Of a stretch of 32,000 nucleotides of DNA, positions 1-9,090 are shown piece by piece (the stretch's first letter is position 1; every line of letters starts with the position of its first letter). The notes under the pieces are model-generated. The model saw nothing but the letters and a program-made list of their open reading frames with translations, was not told the origin of the DNA and ran no database searches. Made by a program: the position numbers and the translations under genes. Location of the stretch: the NCBI GenBank assembly GCA_021650915.1, contig CP091279.1, forward strand, positions 150,001-182,000. Reading direction: 5' to 3'. The DNA is from Candidatus Brocadia sp. GTDB taxonomy: Bacteria; Planctomycetota; Brocadiia; Brocadiales; Brocadiaceae.

Positions 1-407
1 GATTTAAAGAGATAAAATATCTCAAGAGCATTCCCGGCATTGGGAGTATCCAGGCGGCGAAGATCGTATCACAGGTAATAGACCCGGAGAGGTTTAGCAG
101 TAAGTACAAATATTACAGCTACTGTGGGTTGGTGAGGCATAAGAGGATAAGTGATGGGAGGGGATATGGGAGTGAAAAGATTTGGGGAAATCGGATATTA
201 AAATGCGTATACAAGATGGCAGGACATTCGGTTTTAAAGGGTAAGAGCGGTTTAAGGAACTATTACGATACCTTGCGGTTGAAAGGCATCGGTCATGACA
301 ATGCCTATAATGCAGTATGTCGTAAGATAGCGGCAATATCTTTAAGCGTGTGGAGGAAGAGTGAGAAATATAATGACAGACTGATCACTGGCAATCTAAT
401 CAAGTAA
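1..407 (+). CDS. IS110-family transposase, C-terminal part (5' end lies outside the window)
   Basis: Frame 3 is open from nt 3 to the TAA at 405-407. The translation FKEIKYLKSIPGIGSIQAAKIVSQVIDPERFSS...YYDTLRLKGIGHDNAYNAVCRKIAAISLSVW matches the conserved C-terminal half (the 'IPGIG' region) of IS110-family transposases. Confidence 0.8.
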   Translation, partial: FKEIKYLKSIPGIGSIQAAKIVSQVIDPERFSSKYKYYSYCGLVRHKRISDGRGYGSEKIWGNRILKCVYKMAGHSVLKGKSGLRNYYDTLRLKGIGHDNAYNAVCRKIAAISLSVWRKSEKYNDRLITGNLIK

Positions 408-798
408 AACAGGGCAAGAGGGCATGAAAGGCTGGTTCGCACCTGTTTTCTTGAGAGAGGGATGAGATCCACGTGTCATTGACCCAAAGAGGTCCAACGC
501 AATGGTTGATCCGCCCTCGTTTAAATCGAAAATTACCATGCTCAGCAAAGAGCACCGATAGATGACTGAAAACCGATTGCCGAAGGTATTTCAGAGAAGG
601 TAGTAGAAAGAAAACGATAATAATCTGTTTGTCATTCATGCACTCAGGACTTTATGGCTTGATTAGCCTCAGTTAAGCGGAAGGGACGCATGGCAAGAAA
701 ACATTTCTTTGGTTTTTTTGTCAACAGGGATAATATTTTTTCTTGACATGCTTTTTCATAGATGACAACGTACAATATGTCATCGGAGGCATAGTCGG

Positions 799-876
799 TG
801 TCATTGCGAGGGCCTTTTCCGAAGCAATCTCCCCGCTTTCATAAAGGAAATTTGGTTGCGGCTGTGCCGCGCTATG
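799..876 (+). repeat. 78-bp repeat, copy a (hairpin 'cattgcgagg..ccgaagcaatc' plus tail); second copy at 30157-30235
   Basis: By-eye alignment with 30157-30235 shows about 4 differences in 78 bp, in the same orientation. This copy abuts the first codon of the IS1634-like ORF. Confidence 0.8.
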
Positions 877-880
877 GAAT

Positions 881-2328
881 ATGCTGGAACTGGACACATT
901 CTGGAGGATGCGTCTGCCGTCAAGCCGGAAGGGGACAAGCTGGTTGAATATACTGAAGGCGCTTGTCTGTTACCGGTTGATCGATCCGGGAAGCGAATTT
1001 CGTTTTCACCGTGAGTGGTACGTGCGGAGCGCAACAGGCGATCTGCTGGGAGAGGATTATTCCCTGGCGCAGAAGGACAAGGCGTATCGTTGTTTGGATT
1101 TGTTGCTTGAGCATCGGGACGAGCTGTTTGCCTATTTAAAGGAGAAGTGGGGCAAGCTCTTTGGGGCGAAGTACGATGTACTGCTGTATGATTTGACGAG
1201 TACGTATTTTGAAAGTGACCCACCTCCGACTGGATCGGGGAGTAAGAAACGGTTTGGATATAGCCGGGACAAACGTTCGGATTGCGTGCAGGTGGTAGTG
1301 GCATTGGTGTTAACGCCGGAAGGATTTCCCGTTGCCTACGAAGTGTATCCGGGCAATACCAGAGACACCGCAACGCTGGAGGAATTTCTGGATCGGATTG
1401 AAAAGCAGTATGGGAAATTCCGGCGCACCTGGCTTATGGATCGCGGTATTCCAACGGAGGAGATGTTGGAAAAGATGCGTGAGCGCGGGATTGATTATTT
1501 GGTTGGGACTCCGAAGGGGCATTTGACGCGAGTAGAAAAACCGCTACTCGAACAAACCTGGATGCGGGCGAGGGAGAGCGTCCGCGTGAAAGTTCTTCGG
1601 CAGGAATCGGAGTTTTACGTTTACGTGGAAAGCCATGACCGGGTGTCTAAGGAGCGTGCCATGCGTCGGCGCAGACTCAGACGTCTGTGGGTGGGCTTGC
1701 GCGAACTTCGCAATCGAAAAGCCCTCACGCGCGATGACCTGTTCATGCATATTGGCGCGTTAAAGAAAGAAGCCGGACGAGACTACAGACTGGTCACGAT
1801 CTCCATTCCCAAACCGCAGGAACCGGTCAATGAGAATACGTTCCGGTTCAGTTTGGATCGGGAACGCCTGAGGCAGGCGTATCGGCGCGAGGGCGTTATT
1901 TGCTTCGTTCCAACATGCAGGCCACCGCGCCAGAAACCGTCTGGGAAAATTATTTGCTGTTGACACGGATAGAACAGGCATTTAAGGACTTGAAGGGGTC
2001 TCTTTCCGTCCGCCCCCTATGGCATCAATTGGAACGGAGAATTGAAGCCCATATCTTTGTTTCCTTTTTGGCTTTTTGTCTCCACACGACACTGCGCAAT
2101 CTTGCGCGGGGGAGGGCCGGAGGGCTGACGTCTGAAGCGATTTTGGAAAAACTGTCGGGCATTCAAATGATAGACGTTCATTTACCGACCACGGATGGCC
2201 GTCATATTGTCATGAGCCGTTATACCCAGCCGGAGAAGGATGTTGCTCTCCTTTTGGCACAGTTGGGATTGGCGCTTCCTGAACAACCGCCGCCCAAGGT
2301 TTACGCATCCGGACAGGTCGGCCTGTAG
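881..2328 (+). pseudogene. IS1634/IS4-type DDE transposase, N-terminally truncated and frameshifted
   Basis: ORFs 881-1963 and 1900-2328 together read as one transposase (YDLTSTYFE..., GYSRDKRSDCVQVVVALV, WLMDRGIPTEE, RIEAHIFVSFLAFCL). At about 1894 the text RREG|V..YLLRSNM needs a 1-nt correction to stay in frame. The ORF starts inside the conserved region with no N-terminal domain. The segment is much more GC-rich than its surroundings. Confidence 0.8.
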
Positions 2329-2574
2329 TGCCGACCTTTTTACATGACCCCTTGATTTTACTGGCTCAGATGGTCGCATACCCCTCGAATTGCGAAAGTC
2401 GGGCTAAGCTGCAAACATCATTATTATTCGAATTTTCAAAAAACCAAACAGTTACGAGACCTTTATCGTAAGGACAGCGTTATTCTGGGATATAGGCGCC
2501 AAGGTAGGGATTGAGCTTTTTGATGAAGTCAGTGAGCCGCCAGTCTGCGTCCGAGTTGCTGGTAACAACTCAGC

Positions 2575-2810
2575 CACCGCAAAGGCGCAGAGATTCAAAG
2601 AAAAAACTTAAATAAGAGAAGAAAATATCTTGCTGCGATACCCCTGAAGAGACGCCCGTACATGGATAAATCGAAGAATTGGGGTAGGGTGGGCAATGCC
2701 CATCCCAGGGTGAGACGTCTGTACGTGAGTAAAATCACAATGCTTTCAGGAATTTTCAGCATGTGCTTTCTAAAAATACTACCTTTGCGCACTTTGCGCC
2801 TTTGCGGTGA
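2575..2810. repeat. Pair of about 28-bp inverted repeats (caccgcaaaggcgcagag / ctttgcgcactttgcgcctttgcggtga) enclosing about 190 bp without a credible ORF
   Basis: The arms at 2575-2592 and 2782-2810 are reverse complements. The same arm sequence recurs as a second inverted pair at 26676-26914. Confidence 0.7.
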
Positions 2811-2990
2811 ATTATTACCGCTAAGGTGCGTTTGGTCAGGCTGGTGATTTTCAAGCTTACACCTGGGAAACGGGAGTTATTTTAGAATAGGGATTATTTA
2901 CAACCCCCTTCGTCCCATTTGCCAAGAGGGAATTTCACGATCCATACCCCAAAACCCGCATGAATAAAATGAAAATCCTATACAATCCAG

Positions 2991-3767
2991 TTAATCCTGT
3001 CTTAATTTATTGTGAAATCCCGAACGAATTGCCCGTAGGAGGAAGGAAGGATTAGAGATGAAATTACGCCGCCACAGACGACCAGGTTCGCGCATGAGTC
3101 GAGGAAGCCATTCCAGGCCAAAATTTTGAAAGATGGGATGTGACCTTTTTACATTTCCGGTATAAAAATCAAAAACAGCGCCTATAGCGCCAATAAATTT
3201 TACTTCCAATTGATCCTTATGCTTGTATATCCATTTCTCCTGCTTTGGGGCAGTCATTCCAACCCAGAGCACATCTGGCTTGGCACGATTGATGGTCTCA
3301 ACCATAATCCTGTTTTCTTCGGTAGTGAATTCTGGTTTGAAAGGAGGCGAATAAGCTCCAGCAACCTTTATATTAGGAAAATCTACCTTCATTTTATCCT
3401 TTATTGTTTGCAGATTTTCCTCAGTTGAGCCTAGGAAAAAATAGGTATAGTTTGATTTCTTATTTAATACGGCGCTGACTTCAAGAAAAATATCGCTGCC
3501 GGTAATCCGTTCCTTGATACATCCACCAAGCAGTTTTGAAGCTATGACAATTCCGACGCCATCTGGAGTAATTAAATCGGCTTTCTTAATTGCCTCTTCG
3601 AATATCATGTCGTTCCTCGCCATCTCAAGAGAATGGGGATTTGCACAAACGAAATATTTTCCCTTTGCACCATCCTCAACCCATTGGATTATACGTGCTA
3701 TACAATCTTCTTTTGATCCTGTTGTGACAGGGTAACTAAGGATGTTTTCAGTACTATATCGATACAT
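2991..3767 (-). CDS. WecG/TagA/CpsF-family (GT26) glycosyltransferase
   Basis: Family-typical motifs are present: ANPHSLEMA..., ADLITPDGVGIV, FFLGSTEE, PDVLWVGMTAPKQEKWI, GAVFDFYTGNVKRSHPIFQNFGLEWLPRLMREPGRLWRR. The start is taken at M12 (3767), because the longer 3800 start would overlap the HicA-like gene. Confidence 0.85.
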   Translation of the reverse strand: MYRYSTENILSYPVTTGSKEDCIARIIQWVEDGAKGKYFVCANPHSLEMARNDMIFEEAIKKADLITPDGVGIVIASKLLGGCIKERITGSDIFLEVSAVLNKKSNYTYFFLGSTEENLQTIKDKMKVDFPNIKVAGAYSPPFKPEFTTEENRIMVETINRAKPDVLWVGMTAPKQEKWIYKHKDQLEVKFIGAIGAVFDFYTGNVKRSHPIFQNFGLEWLPRLMREPGRLWRRNFISNPSFLLRAIRSGFHNKLRQD

Positions 3768-3777
3768 ACTTGGAATT

Positions 3778-4008
3778 TTAAACCTTTTTAAGTAATTCAA
3801 AATACTGCTCTCTTGTCATACCAACTGTTCGCATGTTATTTTTAATTATTTCTACATCTATTTCTTCATCCTCTGGTATAACTACAGCGCGCTTAGCCTT
3901 TGGGTAAGACAATATATGATGTGATCCCCTTTTACGTTTATAGGCACAACCATACCGCTGAAATATATTTAAAAGGGTTTTGTAATCAACAGGAATTATT
4001 CTTGGCAT
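3778..4008 (-). CDS. HicA/YcfA-like toxin (mRNA interferase family)
   Basis: This is a 76-aa ORF with a 'KRKRGSHHILSYP' core. Its ATG (4006-4008) overlaps the TGA (4008-4010) of the upstream HicB-like ORF. Confidence 0.7.
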   Translation of the reverse strand: MPRIIPVDYKTLLNIFQRYGCAYKRKRGSHHILSYPKAKRAVVIPEDEEIDVEIIKNNMRTVGMTREQYFELLKKV

Positions 4009-4277
4009 CAGGTCAATGATATAACCGATTTCTCGAAACCTATCATTTCACTTTGTGGCCGCAATTCATCGTCTTTAATTTCATATCCATATTCAAGCAA
4101 ATATTCCTCAAGAGTACCCATATCTTTCATCTCTTCAAATTGAATATTTATCACATCCATGAGATTTTTTCTTGCTTCTTCAGGAGTTCTCCCTTGTGAA
4201 ACAAAATCAAGTTCTGGTGCACGCGCCAAAAACCACTGACCTTTTTTCCATACCTCTATAATTAACTGTAATTTCAT
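4008..4277 (-). CDS. HicB/UPF0150-like antitoxin
   Basis: The protein is 89 aa from the ATG at 4275-4277. 'GQWFLARAPELDFVSQGRTPEEARKNLMDVI' is the HicB N-terminal fold signature. The 120-aa version starting at 4370 adds an implausible leader. Confidence 0.65.
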   Translation of the reverse strand: MKLQLIIEVWKKGQWFLARAPELDFVSQGRTPEEARKNLMDVINIQFEEMKDMGTLEEYLLEYGYEIKDDELRPQSEMIGFEKSVISLT

Positions 4278-4579
4278 AAATAAGCCGCCTTTCAAACTCA
4301 GAATTGATATCGTAAACAATCTCCGACTAATATATTTTCCGCTTATTATTTTACTACCTTTTTCTCGCAAACACGTATCTTCTCAGTATCTCTTAACTAA
4401 TCAAGCTCCCAACTTCTTAATCACAAATCAACAAGCTGTTCGAGAACTCACTTTTTTCGTGATTTCTCAAGTCAAAAGTCCATATAAACCAACATCTAAA
4501 TTTTTATGATTTTGCATTCCCGGACAGCCTGTCAAGGTGTGATCAACAGTTCCAGCAGTTTGTGTTTACGAGAAATGGA

Positions 4580-4956
4580 TTATATTGGTTCTGCATTCTT
4601 ATCATCTTTTTCAAGAATACGTACACGTACACGATATTTTTCAACAGTTATTAATGCATGTCTTTCTATATCAAAATGATGTGTTTCTACTAATCGAAGC
4701 AATACAGTTCCCTGATTTCTTGCAGGGATATCAACTAATCTTATTATTGCAGGATGGGGTCTTTTATGTAAAAAGACAAGCTCTCCAAAATCCTTATCTG
4801 CTGTAACTAAAATTGAACCTTCTTCAAGAGCCTTCTTTATAATATTATCATCGCCTGGATCCTTACCAAATTCAGGTATCCATGATACGTCAAACCCAGC
4901 TTTTCTAAGGTCGTTCATTGCAAAATCGAAATGCAACTATCGAGAAGAAACTTCAT
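4580..4956 (-). pseudogene. DUF5615-type PIN-like (Mut7-C-like) putative toxin, frameshifted after codon 6
   Basis: The ATG at 4954-4956 overlaps the TAA of the upstream DUF433 gene and reads MKFLLD, then leaves the frame. The family-typical remainder (..HFDFAMNDLRKAGFDVSWIPEFG...ILVTADKDFGELV) continues in another frame after a TAG at about 4937-4939. Confidence 0.6.
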
Positions 4957-5204
4957 TATTGCTCTCTAACTAAGGCAGGCTCTATTCTTTCGTGTGCAAC
5001 AATCCGGTAAGCATAAAGTAAACATGCCTGTATATCCTCATTTTCTAAAAAAGGATACCCTTCTAACACTTCTTCTACTGTAGAACCAGAAGCAAGCATA
5101 CCAAGTACATGTTCCACAGCAATTCGCATCCCTCGAATAATGGGTTTCCCGTTAAATATTAAAGGATTATAAGTAATACGGCTTAAAAGTTCTTCTTCTT
5201 TCAT
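4956..5204 (-). CDS. DUF433-family protein (putative antitoxin partner of the DUF5615 protein)
   Basis: 'NPLIFNGKPIIRGMRIAVEHVLGMLASGSTVEEVLEGYPFLENEDIQACLLYA' matches the DUF433 consensus. It sits directly upstream of the PIN-like ORF with a 1-nt overlap. Confidence 0.75.
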   Translation of the reverse strand: MKEEELLSRITYNPLIFNGKPIIRGMRIAVEHVLGMLASGSTVEEVLEGYPFLENEDIQACLLYAYRIVAHERIEPALVREQ

Positions 5205-5209
5205 GTTAT

Positions 5210-6529
5210 TTATATTTCTCCTATTTTATAAATATCCATCAATATTTTGAAATTCTTTTCTGCCGTGTACCTTTCCTCAAATTCCTGGCGGGCATTTTTT
5301 CCCATCTCAATGCACGCATCTTCATTTTCAACCATCCACTTTATTTTCAGGGCAAGGTCTTCGGCGTTTCCCGGCTCAAACAGGAGGCCGGTTTTCTTCT
5401 CCTGAACGATTTCAGCTAACGCCCCAAGCCTTGGGGCAATCACCGCCTTGCCGCAAGAAAAGGTTTCAAGAACAGTCATCGGGAACATCTCATACCATAT
5501 TGACGATGTTACCATAAACAGAGCGTCCTTTAAAATTTCCATACTTTCAGAATGGCTTTTTCTCCCGGTAAACTCTATATTTGGTATCCTCTCAATACCG
5601 ACCCTGTCCTCAATCTGTTTCTTTAACGGCCCATCGCCAACGATTTTGAGAAAAACTTCTTTATGAGTCATAGACCGAAGCATCTTAAAAGCATCAACAA
5701 GGATTTCTATACCCTTCTCATAAGAAATTCTTCCAAGAAATACAATGTAATTCCCATGGGAAAATTTCCTGTCGCCTTTTGATAAATTATTTTCTGACTG
5801 GTACTGTTCAGAAAGTCGCTGTCCATTGATTATATCTAAGGGCAATTCATGAATTGCCCCTACAGGTTGTACGCAGAACTTGATTTCTGAACCCGCTAAA
5901 GGGGGGTTGTGGGAATTTAAAAGAAAATTCGGTTTTACAAATATCTTCTCTGCTGGCAGTCCATGCTCTATAAACTTATTCCTCCCAAAATTAGTGAGGG
6001 CGATATATGCGTCGACCTTATTCGTCCATGTCCCGATAAATCTGTGAATAACCTGTGTTAAAGCCACAGGCAAAGAATAAAGTCTGGAATTCCGGTAACA
6101 GCCGTAAAAAGCCCCTTTCCACGGCATTCTGCCAATGCATTCTTCGCATACCTTTCCAACTCTCATAAGAAGTCCACTTGCACAAAACAACCTGAAGTTG
6201 TGAAGCGTTTGAACCACCGGTATTCCAGCATCTTTACAGGCATAGTAGGCAGATGGAGATATTTGGTACCAGATATTATGGAAGTGGGCTATGTCAGGCT
6301 TTTCTTTTGTTATAAGTGTTTTTAGCTCCTTATAAGTTTCTCTGGACCAGATAGTACGAAAAGCCAGTTTCAGTCTATTTGAATCGTTTGCGATATCATC
6401 GTTATACTTTTCATAAGTTATAACGTTAATCCTGTTTTTCCTTAAAAGCTCGACTTCGTTCTTAAATACTATATCTTCTCCAGAGGGAGATGAAGATTGA
6501 TAGAAATTATGAATAATGAGTATTTTCAT
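5210..6529 (-). CDS. GT4-family (GT-B) glycosyltransferase
   Basis: 439 aa. The N-terminus MKILIIHNFY..SGEDIVF and the C-terminal 'VFLGRISYEKGIE...EMFPMTVLETFSCGKAVIA..GALAEIV' fit the Glycos_transf_1 pattern. Confidence 0.85.
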   Translation of the reverse strand: MKILIIHNFYQSSSPSGEDIVFKNEVELLRKNRINVITYEKYNDDIANDSNRLKLAFRTIWSRETYKELKTLITKEKPDIAHFHNIWYQISPSAYYACKDAGIPVVQTLHNFRLFCASGLLMRVGKVCEECIGRMPWKGAFYGCYRNSRLYSLPVALTQVIHRFIGTWTNKVDAYIALTNFGRNKFIEHGLPAEKIFVKPNFLLNSHNPPLAGSEIKFCVQPVGAIHELPLDIINGQRLSEQYQSENNLSKGDRKFSHGNYIVFLGRISYEKGIEILVDAFKMLRSMTHKEVFLKIVGDGPLKKQIEDRVGIERIPNIEFTGRKSHSESMEILKDALFMVTSSIWYEMFPMTVLETFSCGKAVIAPRLGALAEIVQEKKTGLLFEPGNAEDLALKIKWMVENEDACIEMGKNARQEFEERYTAEKNFKILMDIYKIGEI

Positions 6530-6547
6530 TTACAAAAATAGGAACTT

Positions 6548-7267
6548 TTATTTCTCCAACACACATTGAAATATAAACTCGCCCGTCAGATTGAAAAATA
6601 ATTTCCTTAATAACTGTAAATTCCCCGTTGCTTGCCTGCTTGCAATCTTAAATCGATGCTGTGTTAACAATAACTCCAATTCTTTTGGTGTAAAATATAA
6701 AAGATGTCCACCGTCCCATCCAGCGTCGAATGAAGTACGGGGCCTTTTTCCGAGAAGCAATTTAATCCTATTCGAAAATGAAGCAACATTTGGAGTGCCA
6801 ATGATAAGTGTACCGCCAGTTTTAAGAACCCTCGTTATTTCTTTTAAGCTATGATAGGGATCAATTAAGTGTTCGATAACTGCAATAAGTGTTATGCAAT
6901 CAAACGAATTATCTGGATAAGGAAGGGGTTCAAGGTTTATATCGCAGGCAGATACATTTATTCCCTTCTTCATTGCTTCTTCTGCTGCTACCGAGGAAAG
7001 CTCAACGGCGTGGACATCCCTGAATTTTTCCAGAGCTCCGTAAGAAAGTGTAGAATCACCGTTTCAGCATCCTATATCTAAATAACTTTGCCCTGTAGGG
7101 AGCGTCTTTTTTACTATTTCATGGCGTGTATTTTTGGAAGGGTCCAGGAAAAAAAGTATGTATTTGTGAAGGAAGTCTTTGCTTCTCAGTGTATATTCTT
7201 GTTTATAACCTTCTTTGGTTTTATCTTTATATAAATTATCGTAAAAGTTTTTTAAGCTGTTTTTCAT
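6548..7267 (-). pseudogene. Class I SAM-dependent methyltransferase interrupted by one in-frame TGA
   Basis: ORFs 7064-7267 and 6548-6973 share one frame. Read through, the text is ...SYLDIGC*NGDSTLSYGALEKF..., so the TGA at 7064-7066 occupies the glycine of SAM-binding motif I (DxGCGxG). Downstream, 'FDCITLIAVIEHLIDP...LKTGGTLII' is methyltransferase-typical. Confidence 0.8.
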
Positions 7268-7283
7268 AGGACATACCTCAGTA

Positions 7284-7708
7284 CTAAATATTCTTATAGG
7301 GAAGTTTATACCCTTTAATCAAAGGTGACATTTTTTCAAATTCGGGGTCTTTATGGACAAGTATTCCGGTATATTTTTGACATACCGCCGCTTATAAGCA
7401 TCTGCCAAAGACATGATATTTTTTGCCTTTAATTTTCCAGCCGCTATATTAAGGTTTTCATCAGACTCCACTATTCTAACTGAGAGAGATTGGATTAACA
7501 TAATTCTCCTCAAAGCTTCCGACTCATCTTTTTCTTTGGCTGTAATATAAAATACTTCTGTTAAACTAATAAAAGCGATATAAATAAGCACTTCTTCTTT
7601 TTCAGCCTTGATTAAAAGATTTTCAACATAATCAGAGCCATTTTCATCTTCGATGTAAGTTAAAAGGGCAGAAGTATCAAGAATATAGATTTCTCTATTT
7701 TCCTTCAA
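7284..7708 (-). pseudogene. vapC: PIN-domain VapC-type toxin, frameshifted near the C-terminus
   Basis: The N-terminal 100 aa are PIN-like (ILDTSALL, SLTEVFY, SLADAY). At about 7392 the annotated frame gives the nonsense tail KRRYVKNIPEYLSIKTPNLKKCHL. Shifting one nt instead gives AAVCQKYTGILVHKDPEFEKMSPLIKGYKLPYKNI* (stop at 7284-7286), which is the canonical PIN C-terminus with the fourth acidic residue. Confidence 0.75.
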
Positions 7709-7916
7709 GTTTAATATCCTCGCTTCTTGATTTTAATAACTTTTCAGTAAGCATCTCTCCCTTACCTGAACCCCTTAAAAGTCTCCTTGCTTTTTCTGGG
7801 GCAAATATTTCTGCATCATTTGGGAAGATAACAAGAACCTCAGTTTTCTTTTTCGTTTTTATAGGTTCAATGAGTTGTATGTCTTGTCCATTAAATAAAG
7901 CTTTAACAACTTTCAT
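7695..7916 (-). CDS. Small antitoxin-like protein (DUF104/VapB-like) upstream of the PIN gene
   Basis: 73 aa. The N-terminus 'MKVVKALFNGQDIQLIEPIK...EVLVIF' resembles AF2212/DUF104-type antitoxins. It overlaps the PIN ORF by 14 nt. Confidence 0.5.
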   Translation of the reverse strand: MKVVKALFNGQDIQLIEPIKTKKKTEVLVIFPNDAEIFAPEKARRLLRGSGKGEMLTEKLLKSRSEDIKLEGK

Positions 7917-7928
7917 TTGTCTTTATCT

Positions 7929-8317
7929 CCAATTTCCAAAAAAAATTTTAAGATTATCGATACTGAACGAAATTGCGGTTTCCAGATCACGGTTGCCGGT
8001 TCCCCAGGCTATATTCTACGGCATCCCAAAAACCCTGCGCCTGTCTTTCGCAAAACAAAGACTGTCGCCAGCTTATAATATGACGGCAAATCTGAATTAG
8101 GAATGATCCCTGTTAAACGGCAATCAATTTCGTTATCTTTGCAATACTTTTCAACACGATTTTTTAAATTTCCGTGTCCTATAGCAACAAATGTAAAACC
8201 ATCTTTACTTAACTTATTTAATGCCTCCAGTAAATATTCTATTCCTTTTAGTTCTGTAAGCCTTCCCACATAAAGGATAATTTTTTTGTCTTTTGAAATA
8301 TTTAACATTTGCTTCAT
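7929..8317 (-). pseudogene. Remnant of a GT4 glycosyltransferase paralogous to 9091-10203
   Basis: Segments 7929-8050 and 8051-8317 align by eye with 9046-9154 and 9416-9683 of the intact gene, including about 45 bp of 3' flank. About 260 bp of the intact copy and the whole N-terminal half are missing. The junction is out of frame (..ATVFVLRKTGAGFLGCRRI*). Confidence 0.85.
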
Positions 8318-8399
8318 GGTGTTGTTTTCAGATTTCTGTCAAAAACAATTATAGCGAACGAGATAAATGCACTAACATATTTTTATTAGTTACAGGTTC

Positions 8400-8672
8400 T
8401 TAAGCAACAAGTTCAAGCTTTAATTTTTCTATACGTGAGCGTACTGGTTTTAGTTCAGTGATTGTGACATACACAATGGGTGTATTTTTTTCAGCTATGC
8501 CTCGTGCTGTTTCCCTTGCCCAGTTGTTAAATTCTTCATCTCCCTCGATCTGCATAACAACGAGAGCATTATCGGGTATCCCATCGGCAAATTCAGGATG
8601 CTCAATAATATACCTGTCAAATTCTTTGACCAGCATGCTATTTCTTTCTACAAATATATTTTTCCCTATCAT
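8400..8672 (-). CDS. Small conserved protein resembling the DUF5647 family
   Basis: 90 aa. 'EFDRYIIEHPEFADGIPDNALVVMQIEGDEEFNNW...PIVYVTITELKPVRSRIEKLKLEL' fits my recollection of DUF5647. Its ATG overlaps the upstream TGA (ATGA at 8669-8672). Confidence 0.5.
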   Translation of the reverse strand: MIGKNIFVERNSMLVKEFDRYIIEHPEFADGIPDNALVVMQIEGDEEFNNWARETARGIAEKNTPIVYVTITELKPVRSRIEKLKLELVA

Positions 8673-8980
8673 GGAAAATCTCCTCTTATAAATTTCCTTC
8701 TATAAAGTTCCCAGTTTTCGTTGATATCGTCATCTGCTAAAGTTAAAGCATCTTCGTAATTCATGTAAAGATTTATCTTTTTACATTGTCCTTTAATATT
8801 ATAACAATCTTTATGTGCATAATTATGTGTACAATCATACCGTATTACTACCTTCCATTCGTCATCGGATTTTATTTCCAATTGAACGGCAAATTTTGCA
8901 ACCCTTCTGCCTTCTGTAGCATGATAATGCCTTTTTCTCGCATCAATATCAAGTAATATTAAATACTGTTTTTCTGCCAT
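8669..8980 (-). CDS. Uncharacterised small protein with an RYD-x2-H-x3-HKD motif; first gene of a two-gene cassette
   Basis: 103 aa. 'VVIRYDCTHNYAHKDCYNIKGQCKKINL...ALTLADDDINENWELYRRKF' recalls small archaeal and thermophile hypothetical proteins. I cannot assign a function. Confidence 0.45.
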   Translation of the reverse strand: MAEKQYLILLDIDARKRHYHATEGRRVAKFAVQLEIKSDDEWKVVIRYDCTHNYAHKDCYNIKGQCKKINLYMNYEDALTLADDDINENWELYRRKFIRGDFP

Positions 8981-9090
8981 TGCACGGTGGAAATCTTATT
9001 CAGATATGGTATTGAAGCTTTATACACCTATAAAGGGTGCAGCTACCAATTTCCCAAAAATAATTTCTTAAGATTATTGCGGTTTCCAGA

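Noticed and set aside
400-639. 79-aa minus-strand ORF in the IS110 3' flank
   Set aside because: It has no recognisable motifs, an odd composition, and lies in IS-flanking junk between two transposase remnants.
801-1373. Long ORFs antisense to real genes (801-1373, 8987-9352, 18544-19077, 20758-21276, 28642-28949, 13265-13618 and others)
   Set aside because: Each is antisense to an ORF with clear family signatures. Their translations are low-complexity or Pro/Ser/Cys-rich with no recognisable motifs.
4495-4550. Sigma70-like promoter on the minus strand (TTGACA at 4530-4535)
   Set aside because: The best -10-like hexamers (CATAAA/TAAAAT) lie 21-23 nt downstream, outside the usual 16-19-nt spacing.
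7064-7066. TGA read as Gly (code 25) or selenocysteine in the methyltransferase
   Set aside because: TGA demonstrably terminates neighbouring genes, such as the HicB-like gene at 4008-4010, the cassette gene at 8669-8671 and the sugar transferase at 31826-31828. A Sec residue in place of the motif-I glycine makes no biochemical sense, and I saw no SECIS-like hairpin immediately downstream. A nonsense mutation is the simpler reading.
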